A stretch of 64,000 nucleotides of DNA from an uncultured Clostridia bacterium (GTDB lineage Bacteria > Bacillota > Clostridia > Oscillospirales > CAG-382): contig CANRIX010000001.1 of NCBI GenBank assembly GCA_947630765.1, forward strand, positions 26,399-90,398. The letters run 5' to 3'. How positions within the stretch are numbered: the stretch's first letter is position 1; every line of letters starts with the position of its first letter. The notes under the pieces were generated by a model, which made no database searches, was not told the origin of the DNA, and worked only from the letters and a program-made list of their open reading frames with translations. Of the stretch, positions 45,073 to 53,698 are shown in pieces. The position numbers and the translations under genes were made by a program.

Positions 45073-45951
45073 TTGTACATGCAAGGGAAAAGGATTTTTA
45101 CGTTTGTTTTACTGCTCGCGATGACGATTTCCGTATTTTCCGGGTGTAACAAGGAGGAACAGACCTCGGCGGGGACGGTCAGCGATTTTGAGTCGCAGGC
45201 GCATTTTCAAGTCGGCGTGTCGGAGGGGGAATCCTCTTCCGGCGATACTTCAAATGCACCGGTTTCGGGTGAATTTGTCGTCAGCGATAAAAAGTATGCT
45301 TACAACGACGCGAATCTCGTGCTGCTGAATGTGGAAAACAAAACGGACCGCCACTACAATGTGACGATTCACGGGAAATACCTCGACGAGAACGGGGAAA
45401 CGATTCGGGAAGAAACGCAAACATTCGAGGCTTTTCCCGCCGGATGGTCGAACCACTTCATTTTCTACCCGAAAATCGCTTTTGACAGATTTACATTTGA
45501 ACTGGAAACAGAAGCGTACGTGCCTGACCGTCTGACCTCCGACAGCGAGGGGAACCCATTAGCGTCCTACATGGAATTATCCTACGAAAAAACTTTGCAA
45601 TGGCTGGATGGTTGGGGAAATGATCACGGTTCTCTGTATTTTACCGCATTTATGGAAAATCATCATCCGAGCGTGACGATCGGTTCAGATTTTCATGTGA
45701 TCCTGCTTGACGCGAATGGGGAAATCTATATAACGGATTATGAGTTCATTGATAATGGTACAAGCGGTACTCAGTGTACGCCTGTTGGCGGCGAGGACGA
45801 CGGGAAAAACAGTACGGAAATTTATCTCTTAGAACACATCCTTGAGGGAAGGGAACCGATCCCTGAAACTGTGCAGGGGAAGTTTACTGCAATTTTTGCG
45901 ATTGCGACACCGTGGGACATGGATGTAGCGGCGCAAAGGGGTTTGGTTTGA
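45073..45951 (+). CDS. lipoprotein, paralog 2
   Basis: Lipobox SVFSGC. The start is TTG at 45073 by analogy with paralog 3, or ATG at 45079. Shared blocks NVTIHGKYLDENGETIREETQTFEAFPAGWSN. Confidence 0.85.
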   Translation: MYMQGKRIFTFVLLLAMTISVFSGCNKEEQTSAGTVSDFESQAHFQVGVSEGESSSGDTSNAPVSGEFVVSDKKYAYNDANLVLLNVENKTDRHYNVTIHGKYLDENGETIREETQTFEAFPAGWSNHFIFYPKIAFDRFTFELETEAYVPDRLTSDSEGNPLASYMELSYEKTLQWLDGWGNDHGSLYFTAFMENHHPSVTIGSDFHVILLDANGEIYITDYEFIDNGTSGTQCTPVGGEDDGKNSTEIYLLEHILEGREPIPETVQGKFTAIFAIATPWDMDVAAQRGLV

Positions 45952-46028
45952 GTCATTCTGAGGAATGGCTGAGAACCGTGGTTGGTTGGACGGGTTGAGC
46001 CGAATGGGACAGAAAGGAAGGATTTGTT

Positions 46029-46982
46029 TTGTATCTGCAAGGAAAAAGGATTTTTACGTTTGTTTTACTGCTCGCGATGACGCTTTCCGTATTTTCCGGG
46101 TGCGATAAGGAGGAACAGACCTCAGCGGGGACGGTCAGCGATTTTGAGTCGCAAACGCATATTCAGGTCAGCGCACCGGCGGCGGAATCGACTTCCGGCG
46201 AAACGACTTCCGGCGAAACGACTTCCGGCGAAACGAGCGATAGCACGTCGAAAGAACCGCTTACCGGCGAGTTTGTCGTCAGCGAAAAGAAGTATGACTA
46301 TAAAGACGCGAATCTGGAATTACTCTACGTCGAAAACCAGACGAACCGGCATTGCAACGTGACGATTCACGGGAAATACCTCGACGAGAACGGCGAAACG
46401 ATTCGGGAAGAAACACAGACTTTCGAGGCATTTCCGGCGGGCTGGTCGAACAACTTCATTTTCTACCCGAAAATCGCTTTTGACAGTTTCACCTATGAAT
46501 TGGAAACGGAAGAATATGTAACCGACCCGATGTTTTCCGACGCGGACGGGAATCCCCTTGCGTCCTACATCGAATTGACGTATGAGAAAAAATTGTATTG
46601 GATCCGTGGATCAGCGGGCGTAGATGAGAACGGTCACCCTATAGAAGCAAGAGAATTGTTATTCGACGCCGAAATGAAAAACAATCATCCGACGGTAACA
46701 ATAGGGGCAGACTTTCATGTGCTGGTTCTCGATACGGACGGAAACATTTTTATGACGGATTATGATTATCCCGTTCCATATGGCAATAGCGGAGCTATAA
46801 CAGGTCCTGTGGGGAGTGAAGATGATGGCAAATCCCTTACGCAGATTTGTCTTTTTCAGCAAGAACCGGGGCTTGACGAGATCATTCCGGAGAACGTACA
46901 GGGAGTATTTACCGCGGTTTTTGCGATAAAAGATGCCCTTGATTTTGAGAAACTTGCGGCGCAAGTCAAACAGCCCGAATAG
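46029..46982 (+). CDS. lipoprotein, paralog 3 (mosaic of paralogs 1 and 2)
   Basis: TTG start after RBS aaaggaagga. Signal peptide as in paralog 2, the next ~90 aa as in paralog 1, the middle as in paralog 2, and the PENVQGVFTAV end as in paralog 1. Confidence 0.85.
   Translation: MYLQGKRIFTFVLLLAMTLSVFSGCDKEEQTSAGTVSDFESQTHIQVSAPAAESTSGETTSGETTSGETSDSTSKEPLTGEFVVSEKKYDYKDANLELLYVENQTNRHCNVTIHGKYLDENGETIREETQTFEAFPAGWSNNFIFYPKIAFDSFTYELETEEYVTDPMFSDADGNPLASYIELTYEKKLYWIRGSAGVDENGHPIEARELLFDAEMKNNHPTVTIGADFHVLVLDTDGNIFMTDYDYPVPYGNSGAITGPVGSEDDGKSLTQICLFQQEPGLDEIIPENVQGVFTAVFAIKDALDFEKLAAQVKQPE
46191..46235 (+). repeat. 3 perfect tandem copies of the 15-nt unit acttccggcgaaacg
   Basis: Units at 46191, 46206 and 46221. 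Encodes TSGET x3. Confidence 0.95.
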
Positions 46983-47016
46983 ACCGCACACGATTGGGAA
47001 GGAAGGGTGAGAAACG

Positions 47017-47784
47017 GTGTTATTCTTACGGTCCTTATGGAAAAGCAAATACGACTTCCTCGCGGCGACGGCGATTCTGGTCGTGACGACGCAACTCTGG
47101 GAAGAACAGCGAATCCTCACCGAACCGGGGGTGAACAACTTCTTTCAGTCGTGCGAACTGCTCGTGCCGTTCCTCGTTCTGCTGCCGGTGTCGTTTCTGC
47201 TGTACGACAATTACGAAATCGAATTGGGGCTTATCAACGGGGTCTCGACGCTGAAATTGGCGCTCTGCAAGTTCTTTTCGACCGTTGTCGCGACGCTAAT
47301 CCCGTCGGTCGCGTGCTGTTTGCTCGTGCGGGAGAAGTACTACTGGTGCAACCCGCTGAGTGTTCGGATTCCGCTGGAGGTGCCGGAACACTTCAGGCTC
47401 TATCTGGCGCTGTCCGCCGTCGTGACGACGCTGTTCTTCGCGTCGCTGTTCCTGCTGTTGCGGGTGGTTTTGCGGAACTGCTATGCGCCGGTGGGGCTGG
47501 GAATCCTCGTGTTTTCGCTGTTTCAGCCCCGTATGCAGGACGTTTGCGACCTGACCCTGCCGTTTTCGCAAGCCCTGTTCGACCCGTTCGTCACGCGCTA
47601 CCTTATCGGCGACGCGGTGGCGAACGCGGGATTTACCGTGGAGGCGACCGGGCAGGTCGTCGACCCGTTCCCGCATTTGTGGACGTATAACCGCCTGCTG
47701 TTCTTCGGTTTGGCGGTCGTGCTCCTCGCCGTAACCTGTATCCTGCTTCGGCGCGAAAACTTACACGAATCGTTCGGAGATTGA
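47017..47784 (+). CDS. polytopic membrane protein (putative ABC-associated permease component)
   Basis: 255 aa with a GTG start after RBS ggaaggaaggg and about 6 hydrophobic helices. Its stop overlaps the next ORF. Confidence 0.65.
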   Translation: MLFLRSLWKSKYDFLAATAILVVTTQLWEEQRILTEPGVNNFFQSCELLVPFLVLLPVSFLLYDNYEIELGLINGVSTLKLALCKFFSTVVATLIPSVACCLLVREKYYWCNPLSVRIPLEVPEHFRLYLALSAVVTTLFFASLFLLLRVVLRNCYAPVGLGILVFSLFQPRMQDVCDLTLPFSQALFDPFVTRYLIGDAVANAGFTVEATGQVVDPFPHLWTYNRLLFFGLAVVLLAVTCILLRRENLHESFGD

Positions 47785-47798
47785 AAGGAGAACGCCCT

Positions 47799-48677
47799 AT
47801 GAACATCGAAATTACCAACCTGACGAAAATCTACCCGCGCGGGAAGAAAAAGGCGCTCGACGGCGTCCATATCACGATTGGTTCCGGCATTTTCGGACTC
47901 ATCGGTCGGAACGGCGCGGGAAAAACCACGCTCATGCGGATTTTAGCGACCATTATGAAGCCCACCGACGGGATGATTACCTTCGACGGGAAGGATTTGC
48001 AGGAACACAAAGAAGAATTCCGTTCCTCGCTCGGCTACCTGCCGCAAAGCACGAAACTCATGCCGCGTCTGAACATCGTGGAGTTTCTGGACTACGTCTG
48101 TATTCTCCGCAAGAGGAAGGACAAGAAGGAACGCAAGGAAATCATCGCGAACGCGATTGAAACGGTCGGTCTCGTCGGCGAGGAAAAGAAACTGTTGCGT
48201 AGCTATTCCGGCGGGATGCTCCGGCGCGCGGGCATCGCGCAAGCGCTGATTGGCAACCCGAAAGTGCTTATCATCGACGAGCCGACGACCGGGCTTGACC
48301 CGGAGGAACGGCTGTACTTCCTGAACCTGCTTTCCCGTATCGCGGCGGAGCGAACGATCGTCTTTTCGACGCACATCACGGCGGACATCGAGCATTTGTG
48401 CAACAACATTTGCGTGCTGGAGCAGGGAAAAGTCGAGTACCTCGGCGACAAGACGTCGTTCGTGTCGCGTATCGACGGGAAGCTGTTCGAGCTGACCGGC
48501 ACGCCGGAGCAGGAGGCGCTGTTGCGGCAGAATTCCACCGTTACGTCGGTCGCGTATGTGGACGGCAAGCCGCAAGTGCGGTATGTCGCACCCGCGCCGG
48601 TCGTGGAGGGCTCGCAACCCGTTTCCCCGACGCTGGAGGACGCGTACATCTACGCCCTCGGCGGCGTGAAACGGTAA
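47799..48677 (+). CDS. ABC transporter ATP-binding protein (ABC-2/bacitracin-lantibiotic-type ATPase)
   Basis: Start placed at MNIEITNLTKIY. Walker A GRNGAGKTTL, signature YSGGMLRR, Walker B LIIDEPTTGLD. C-terminal extension of about 70 aa. Confidence 0.9.
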   Translation: MNIEITNLTKIYPRGKKKALDGVHITIGSGIFGLIGRNGAGKTTLMRILATIMKPTDGMITFDGKDLQEHKEEFRSSLGYLPQSTKLMPRLNIVEFLDYVCILRKRKDKKERKEIIANAIETVGLVGEEKKLLRSYSGGMLRRAGIAQALIGNPKVLIIDEPTTGLDPEERLYFLNLLSRIAAERTIVFSTHITADIEHLCNNICVLEQGKVEYLGDKTSFVSRIDGKLFELTGTPEQEALLRQNSTVTSVAYVDGKPQVRYVAPAPVVEGSQPVSPTLEDAYIYALGGVKR

Positions 48678-48692
48678 AGGGGGGTGGACGGT

Positions 48693-49559
48693 ATGTTCCG
48701 AACCATCTACAAAAATACATGGAAAACCCTGTTCCGCTCGGTGACGTTCTGGCTCGCCGTGCTGGTCCTGCTGGGGATTTCCGTGTTTCACGTTTCCACG
48801 CAAGTGTCCTTTTACTGGGAATCCGCCGAAAACGTTCAGCGGTTCGAGCCAGAGTACGTCCCCGAAGTCCTTCCGGAAAGTCTCGTGCAGGAGGTCGACA
48901 ATGTCGTCAGCGGCGGCTTTCTGGTGTATCAAATCGCCGTTTTCGCAATCATCGCGACGGTGCTGGTGCTGAACCGGGACTACGGCGACCAATTTTTCGA
49001 GATTGAAAAAGCCGCCGGGGTGTCGCCGTTCCGCTACACCGCCGGGCGGCTGGCGGCGCTTCTGACCATTTCGGTGGTCGCACTGGAGGTCTTTTCGTTC
49101 GCGGCCCTGCACGCGCTGCTCATCGGCAAAGGCGGCGTCGTGGGGCAGAGCGCCTTGCAGACTATGCTGACGACCTTCCCGCGCCTGACGTGCGGCGTGC
49201 TGTTCAAGGGGATCCCGCACCTGTGCTTCTACATCGGGTTGACCTACCTGTTCGGCACGCTGTTCCGCAACGGGCTCGTCGGCGGTGCGGCGGGGTTTGC
49301 GAACGCGATTTTCTACTATGTGACCTATATGCTGTATCGGTATGACGACGGCTGGGTCACCTACTTTCAATACTTTTGTCCGTCGCCGAATGTTTTGCGC
49401 TTCTATGTGGGCTACTTCGGGACGGCGAATGGGGAGCGTATCTTCGCGATGTACGGCGTTACGACGGGCGGCATGGTGTTTTGCGTTGCCTTCCTCGTCG
49501 GGGTCGCGCTACTGTGCGCGGCGGTGTCCTATTGGCGCACCCGCCGCCGCGAGACTTGA
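48693..49559 (+). CDS. ABC-associated polytopic membrane protein, paralog a
   Basis: Begins MFRTIYKNTWKTLFRSVTFWLAVLVLL. Shares NRDYGDQFFEIEKAAG with the next gene. Confidence 0.75.
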   Translation: MFRTIYKNTWKTLFRSVTFWLAVLVLLGISVFHVSTQVSFYWESAENVQRFEPEYVPEVLPESLVQEVDNVVSGGFLVYQIAVFAIIATVLVLNRDYGDQFFEIEKAAGVSPFRYTAGRLAALLTISVVALEVFSFAALHALLIGKGGVVGQSALQTMLTTFPRLTCGVLFKGIPHLCFYIGLTYLFGTLFRNGLVGGAAGFANAIFYYVTYMLYRYDDGWVTYFQYFCPSPNVLRFYVGYFGTANGERIFAMYGVTTGGMVFCVAFLVGVALLCAAVSYWRTRRRET

Positions 49560-49579
49560 AGTCCGGGGGGCGAGGGGGT

Positions 49580-50410
49580 GTGCTGTATCGGACGATCTGT
49601 AAAAACAGTTGGAAAACCCTTTTGCGGTCGTGGTCGTTCTGGCTTGCCGTGGCGGTCGCGGCGGCGATCGCGGTGCGCGAGGGCTTTACGGAGTATGTCA
49701 CATATGCTTCGGGGTACGAGCCGGCCGTGTTGTCCTACGAGCGTTATGTGCAGGGGATCTATCACAGGCTGCCAATGCTGCTGTCGATCGCTTTGCCGTT
49801 CCTTACGGTGATAACGACGGTTCTCGTTGTACATCGGGATTATGGGGATCAATTTTTCGAGATCGAAAAAGCTGCGGGGATCAATCCCGCAGACTACCTG
49901 TTCGGTCGGTTCAGCGTGATTGCTATTACGACGGCGGCCGCGCAGTGGGTGATCGGCTTTCTGTGTATCTCGGTATTTGTCGTTCGGAAAGGCGGCGTGT
50001 ACGGTCTGACCGCATGGCAGTCCTGTCTTGATTCCGCGTGGAGATTGCTTTGCATTGATTTGTGTGCGGCCCTTCCGATGATCCTGTTTTATCTTGGTCT
50101 GACGTATTTGCTCGGCGCCTTGCTTCGGAGCGGAATTGCAGCGGCGATCGGCGGTCTGGGGTGCAGTGTGGCAAATTATGCGTTCACGATCCTGTACCAG
50201 TACCGCGCATTTCAAACGTATTTCGATTATGTTTCGCCGCCGCCGAAGATGCTGCTGCGATATGTGGTCTACCATCGGGAGGCAAACGGCGGTATCCAGT
50301 TGATGGGCGCCACGTTTGAAAAAGCGCTGCTTTCCGCAGGGATTTTGGTCGCCTTTTTTGCCGTGTGCGCGGGATGCTGTTACGGCTTGGTCAAAAGAAG
50401 GGAATGTTGA
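49580..50410 (+). CDS. ABC-associated polytopic membrane protein, paralog b
   Basis: GTG start at 49580 after a G-rich RBS, giving (M)LYRTICKNSWKTLLRSWSFWLAVAV, parallel to paralog a. Contains HRDYGDQFFEIEKAAG. Confidence 0.7.
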   Translation: MLYRTICKNSWKTLLRSWSFWLAVAVAAAIAVREGFTEYVTYASGYEPAVLSYERYVQGIYHRLPMLLSIALPFLTVITTVLVVHRDYGDQFFEIEKAAGINPADYLFGRFSVIAITTAAAQWVIGFLCISVFVVRKGGVYGLTAWQSCLDSAWRLLCIDLCAALPMILFYLGLTYLLGALLRSGIAAAIGGLGCSVANYAFTILYQYRAFQTYFDYVSPPPKMLLRYVVYHREANGGIQLMGATFEKALLSAGILVAFFAVCAGCCYGLVKRREC

Positions 50411-50411
50411 T

Positions 50412-50445
50412 ACAAAAAAGGGCTTCCGGGAAACCCCGGAAGCCA
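50412..50445 (-). terminator. strong hairpin terminator between convergent operons
   Basis: GGGCTTCCGGG / CCCGGAAGCC stem (50420-50444). On the minus strand it is followed by TTTTTTG. It serves the GGGtGRT operon and probably also blocks the plus-strand operon. Confidence 0.7.
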
Positions 50446-50465
50446 TTAAAAATGATTGCTATGCC

Positions 50466-51467
50466 TTACTTTTTCATCGCTTCCTCGACCGCGACGGCGC
50501 AGGCGACGGTCGCGCCGACCATCGGGTTGTTGCCCATGCCGATCAAGCCCATCATCTCGACGTGCGCCGGGACCGACGAGGAGCCCGCGAACTGCGCGTC
50601 GCTGTGCATACGTCCCATCGAATCGGTCAGACCGTAGGACGCGGGACCCGCCGCGACGTTGTCCGGGTGAAGCGTGCGCCCCGTGCCGCCGCCGGACGCG
50701 ACGGAGAAGTACTTCTTGCCCTTCTCGACGCATTCCTTCTTGTAGGTGCCGGCGACGAGATGCTGGAAGCGGGTCGGGTTGGTGGAGTTGCCGGTGATGG
50801 AAACGTCCACGCCCTCGTGCCACATGATCGCGACGCCCTCGATCGGGTCATTCGCGCCGTAGCAGCGGACCTTCGCCTTTTCGCCGTCGGAATAGGCGAT
50901 CTCACGCACGATGGTCAGTTCCCCGGTCTTGAAATCGTAATCCGTCTGGACGTAGGTGAACCCGTTGATACGGGAGATGATCATCGCAGCATCCTTGCCG
51001 AGACCGTTGAGGATGACCCGCAGCGGCTCCTTGCGGACCTTGTTCGCCGTACGGGCGATCCCGATCGCGCCTTCCGCAGCGGCAAAGGACTCGTGCCCCG
51101 CGAGGAACGCGAAGCACTTGGTTTCCTCGCGCAGCAGCATCGCGCCGAGGTTGCCGTGCCCAAGCCCAACCTTCCGCGTCTCCGCGACGGAGCCGGGAAT
51201 GCAGAACGCCTGCAGACCAATCCCGATGGCTTCCGCCGCGTCGGAAGCGTTCTTGCAGCCCTTCTTGATCGCGACCGCACAGCCGAGCGTATACGCCCAG
51301 ACCGCGTTCTCGAAGCAGATCGGCTGTACGCCGCGAACGATGGCGTCCGCGTCGACGCCCTTTTCTTCGCACAGCGCCTTGGCTTCCTCCAGCGAGGAAA
51401 GCCCGTATTCTTTCAGACAGGCATTGATCTTTTCAATCCGTCTTTCGTATCCTTCAAATGTTGCCAT
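50466..51467 (-). CDS. GGGtGRT family protein (function unknown)
   Basis: 333 aa carrying the eponymous motif SVASGGGTGRTLHPDN. Confidence 0.85.
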   Translation of the reverse strand: MATFEGYERRIEKINACLKEYGLSSLEEAKALCEEKGVDADAIVRGVQPICFENAVWAYTLGCAVAIKKGCKNASDAAEAIGIGLQAFCIPGSVAETRKVGLGHGNLGAMLLREETKCFAFLAGHESFAAAEGAIGIARTANKVRKEPLRVILNGLGKDAAMIISRINGFTYVQTDYDFKTGELTIVREIAYSDGEKAKVRCYGANDPIEGVAIMWHEGVDVSITGNSTNPTRFQHLVAGTYKKECVEKGKKYFSVASGGGTGRTLHPDNVAAGPASYGLTDSMGRMHSDAQFAGSSSVPAHVEMMGLIGMGNNPMVGATVACAVAVEEAMKK

Positions 51468-51482
51468 GTTCCGTTCGCCTCC

Positions 51483-52178
51483 TTATTCCTTTCTCGGGTC
51501 GATATACTTGACCGCTTCGTCGTACCGGCCGTAGGTCTTGACGTTCTTTTCGTACGCTTCCGCCGGCGCGACGCCGTTGCGAATGGCTTCCATCATCTTG
51601 CCGAGGTGAACGAATTTATACCCGATGACCTGGTCGTCCTTATCGACGGCAAGGTTGAGGATGTACCCTTCCGCCATTTCGAGGTAGCGGACGCCCTTCG
51701 CGTTGGTCGCGAAGATCGTGCCGACCTGCGAACGGAGCCCCTTGCCGAGGTCGTCGAGAGAGGTGCCGACCGGCAGACCGTTCTCCGAGAAAGCGGTCTG
51801 CGAACGACCGTAAACGATCTGCAGGAACAGTTCGCGCATCGCGACGTTGATCGCGTCGCAGACGAGGTCGGTATTGAGCGCTTCAAGGATGGTCTTGCCC
51901 TGCAGGATCTCCGCCGCCATCGCCGCGGAATGGGTCATGCCGGAGCAGCCGATCGTCTCGACGAGCGCTTCTTCGATGATGCCCTCCTTGATGTTCAGGG
52001 ACAGCTTGCAGCAGCCCTGCTGCGGAGCGCACCAACCGATGCCGTGGGTAAAGCCGGAAATGTCCTTGATCTCGTACGCCTTGACCCATTGCCCCTCTTC
52101 GGGGATTGGGGCCGGTCCGTGCTTCGGACCTTTGGCGATCGGACACATCCGTTCAACTTCGCTGGAATACTGTAACAT
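51483..52178 (-). CDS. NifU-N/IscU-like Cys-containing protein (annotated type: Fe-S scaffold-like)
   Basis: 231 aa. Cys-containing blocks GIGWCAPQQGCCKLSL and ETIGCSGMTHSAAMAAE resemble the IscU/NifU N-domain. Confidence 0.6.
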   Translation of the reverse strand: MLQYSSEVERMCPIAKGPKHGPAPIPEEGQWVKAYEIKDISGFTHGIGWCAPQQGCCKLSLNIKEGIIEEALVETIGCSGMTHSAAMAAEILQGKTILEALNTDLVCDAINVAMRELFLQIVYGRSQTAFSENGLPVGTSLDDLGKGLRSQVGTIFATNAKGVRYLEMAEGYILNLAVDKDDQVIGYKFVHLGKMMEAIRNGVAPAEAYEKNVKTYGRYDEAVKYIDPRKE

Positions 52179-52215
52179 GTTCTTTCTCCTTTCGGGATCG
52201 TATATCGTTTTCTTT

Positions 52216-52785
52216 TTACGGGATAATTTCGCCGAACACCTCGCCGGACAGCCCGGCCGCGTTCGCTTCGTCCGTGTCGAGGTGGACCGCAGGCGCGTAC
52301 TTATCGCTGACGCGGACGACGACTTCGCCGAAGGTCAGACCGCGTTCGCCGTCGACCTTGACCGAAACCACCTGCTTGTCCTGCAGACCCATCTCCTCCG
52401 CCGTCGCCGTATCGAGGTGCAGATGGCGCTTCGCGGCGATGACGCCGTGGTCGATCTCCAGTTCGCCCGCCGGACCGACGATCTTGATGCCTTCCGTGCC
52501 GGCGAGGTCGCCGGATTCCCGGATCGGCGCCGTGACGCCGAGCGTGCGGGCGTCGGTCAGCGAAATTTCGACCTGCGTTTCCTTGCGGACCGGCCCGAGG
52601 ATCAGGACGTTGTTGATGGACTTTTTCGGACCGACGAGGTTGACCCGTTCGTTGCTCGCGAACTGCCCCGGCTGGGAAAGCATCTTCTTGACGGTCAATT
52701 CCTTGCCCGGACCGAGCAGGACTTCCAGATCCTCCTGCGTCAGATGGACGTGTCTTGCGGAGGTTTCCACGATGATCTTTTTCAT
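52216..52785 (-). CDS. pduL: phosphate propanoyltransferase PduL-type phosphotransacylase
   Basis: 189 aa with the two PduL half-repeats ETSARHVHLTQEDLEVL and AAKRHLHLDTATAEEMGL. Confidence 0.85.
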   Translation of the reverse strand: MKKIIVETSARHVHLTQEDLEVLLGPGKELTVKKMLSQPGQFASNERVNLVGPKKSINNVLILGPVRKETQVEISLTDARTLGVTAPIRESGDLAGTEGIKIVGPAGELEIDHGVIAAKRHLHLDTATAEEMGLQDKQVVSVKVDGERGLTFGEVVVRVSDKYAPAVHLDTDEANAAGLSGEVFGEIIP

Positions 52786-52818
52786 AACAAACCCTACCTT
52801 CCTTTTGACTCTCCTTCA

Positions 52819-52847
52819 ATTATACAACGCTTTGCCGGAAAAGTAAA
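52819..52847 (-). promoter_or_regulatory. promoter candidate for pduL / NifU-like / GGGtGRT
   Basis: Minus strand reads TTTACT, 17-nt spacer, TATAAT, about 30 nt upstream of the RBS aaggaagg. Confidence 0.45.
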
Positions 52848-52907
52848 GAGATTTTTCGCAAAATTTCCGTCTCGTCCGAAAAAGTTTCGCGAAAAAAGCG
52901 GTTTCCG

Positions 52908-52943
52908 CGCAAAAAGGCAAGCCCCATATCGCGGGACTTGCCT
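52908..52943 (-). terminator. terminator after the glycerophosphodiesterase gene
   Basis: Minus strand shows GGCAAGTCCC / GGGGCTTGCC stem with one mismatch, followed by TTTTTG. Confidence 0.55.
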
Positions 52944-52960
52944 TGCGGAAACACGGAAAA

Positions 52961-53698
52961 TCACTCGAGAATATTCGAGGTGATCTGATCGACGCCCATG
53001 GCGATGAGGTTCTGCGCGTCCTCCAGACGGTCGACCGTCCAGCAGTTGACGACGATGCCCTTCGCGTGCAGGTCGTCGACGGCTTCTTTGGTCAGGCAGG
53101 TGAAGAGCGCGTCAAGGTCGATCTTGTTGTCCACCAGCTTTTGGACGGTTTCCGGGTTGACGTCGCAGGTCAGCCACTGGGCGTTCGCTTCCGGCCAGAC
53201 CTTGCGCAGGTTGAGCAGGTTATCCAGCGAGAAGGAAATGAAAATGATACTGTTTTCGTATTCAAAAGAACGAATGATGTCCAGCACTTCCTTCGCCTGC
53301 TCCACGGTATAGCTGCCCTTGAATTCCAGCACGCCGACTTTGCCGTAACGCTTGCAGATCTTGACGTACTCCTGCAGGGTCGGCATCATCAGGTCGCCGC
53401 GGTCGAAGGTTTCGTCCTTGTCCTTATACTGCAAACGGCGCAGGGACTGGAACGTGGACACCTCCGGGACCAGCTTGTCGATGCAGTTGCGGGCGGTGTC
53501 GTCGTCATGGCAGAGCACGAAATGCCCGTCGCTGGTCTTGCGGACGTCCGTTTCGATGCCGAAATAACTGCGGTTGCCCGCCGCGACGAAGGCGGAGCAG
53601 GTGTTCTCCCGCTCGATGCCGGAAAGACCGCGGTGCGCGACGATCTTGGTCTTGCCGTGGTCGGGGATTTTGATCGTATCCATCATTTTGCTATGCAC
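52961..53698 (-). CDS. glycerophosphodiester phosphodiesterase
   Basis: GDPD block IVAHRGLSGIERENT plus ...FGIETDVR... 245 aa. Confidence 0.85.
   Translation of the reverse strand: MHSKMMDTIKIPDHGKTKIVAHRGLSGIERENTCSAFVAAGNRSYFGIETDVRKTSDGHFVLCHDDDTARNCIDKLVPEVSTFQSLRRLQYKDKDETFDRGDLMMPTLQEYVKICKRYGKVGVLEFKGSYTVEQAKEVLDIIRSFEYENSIIFISFSLDNLLNLRKVWPEANAQWLTCDVNPETVQKLVDNKIDLDALFTCLTKEAVDDLHAKGIVVNCWTVDRLEDAQNLIAMGVDQITSNILE

Noticed and set aside
47943-49370. 475-aa minus-strand ORF
   Set aside because: Antisense to the ABC ATPase and permease genes. Low-complexity Arg-rich translation.
50316-52175. 619-aa plus-strand ORF
   Set aside because: Antisense to the GGGtGRT and NifU-like genes, which carry family signatures. 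No motifs of its own.
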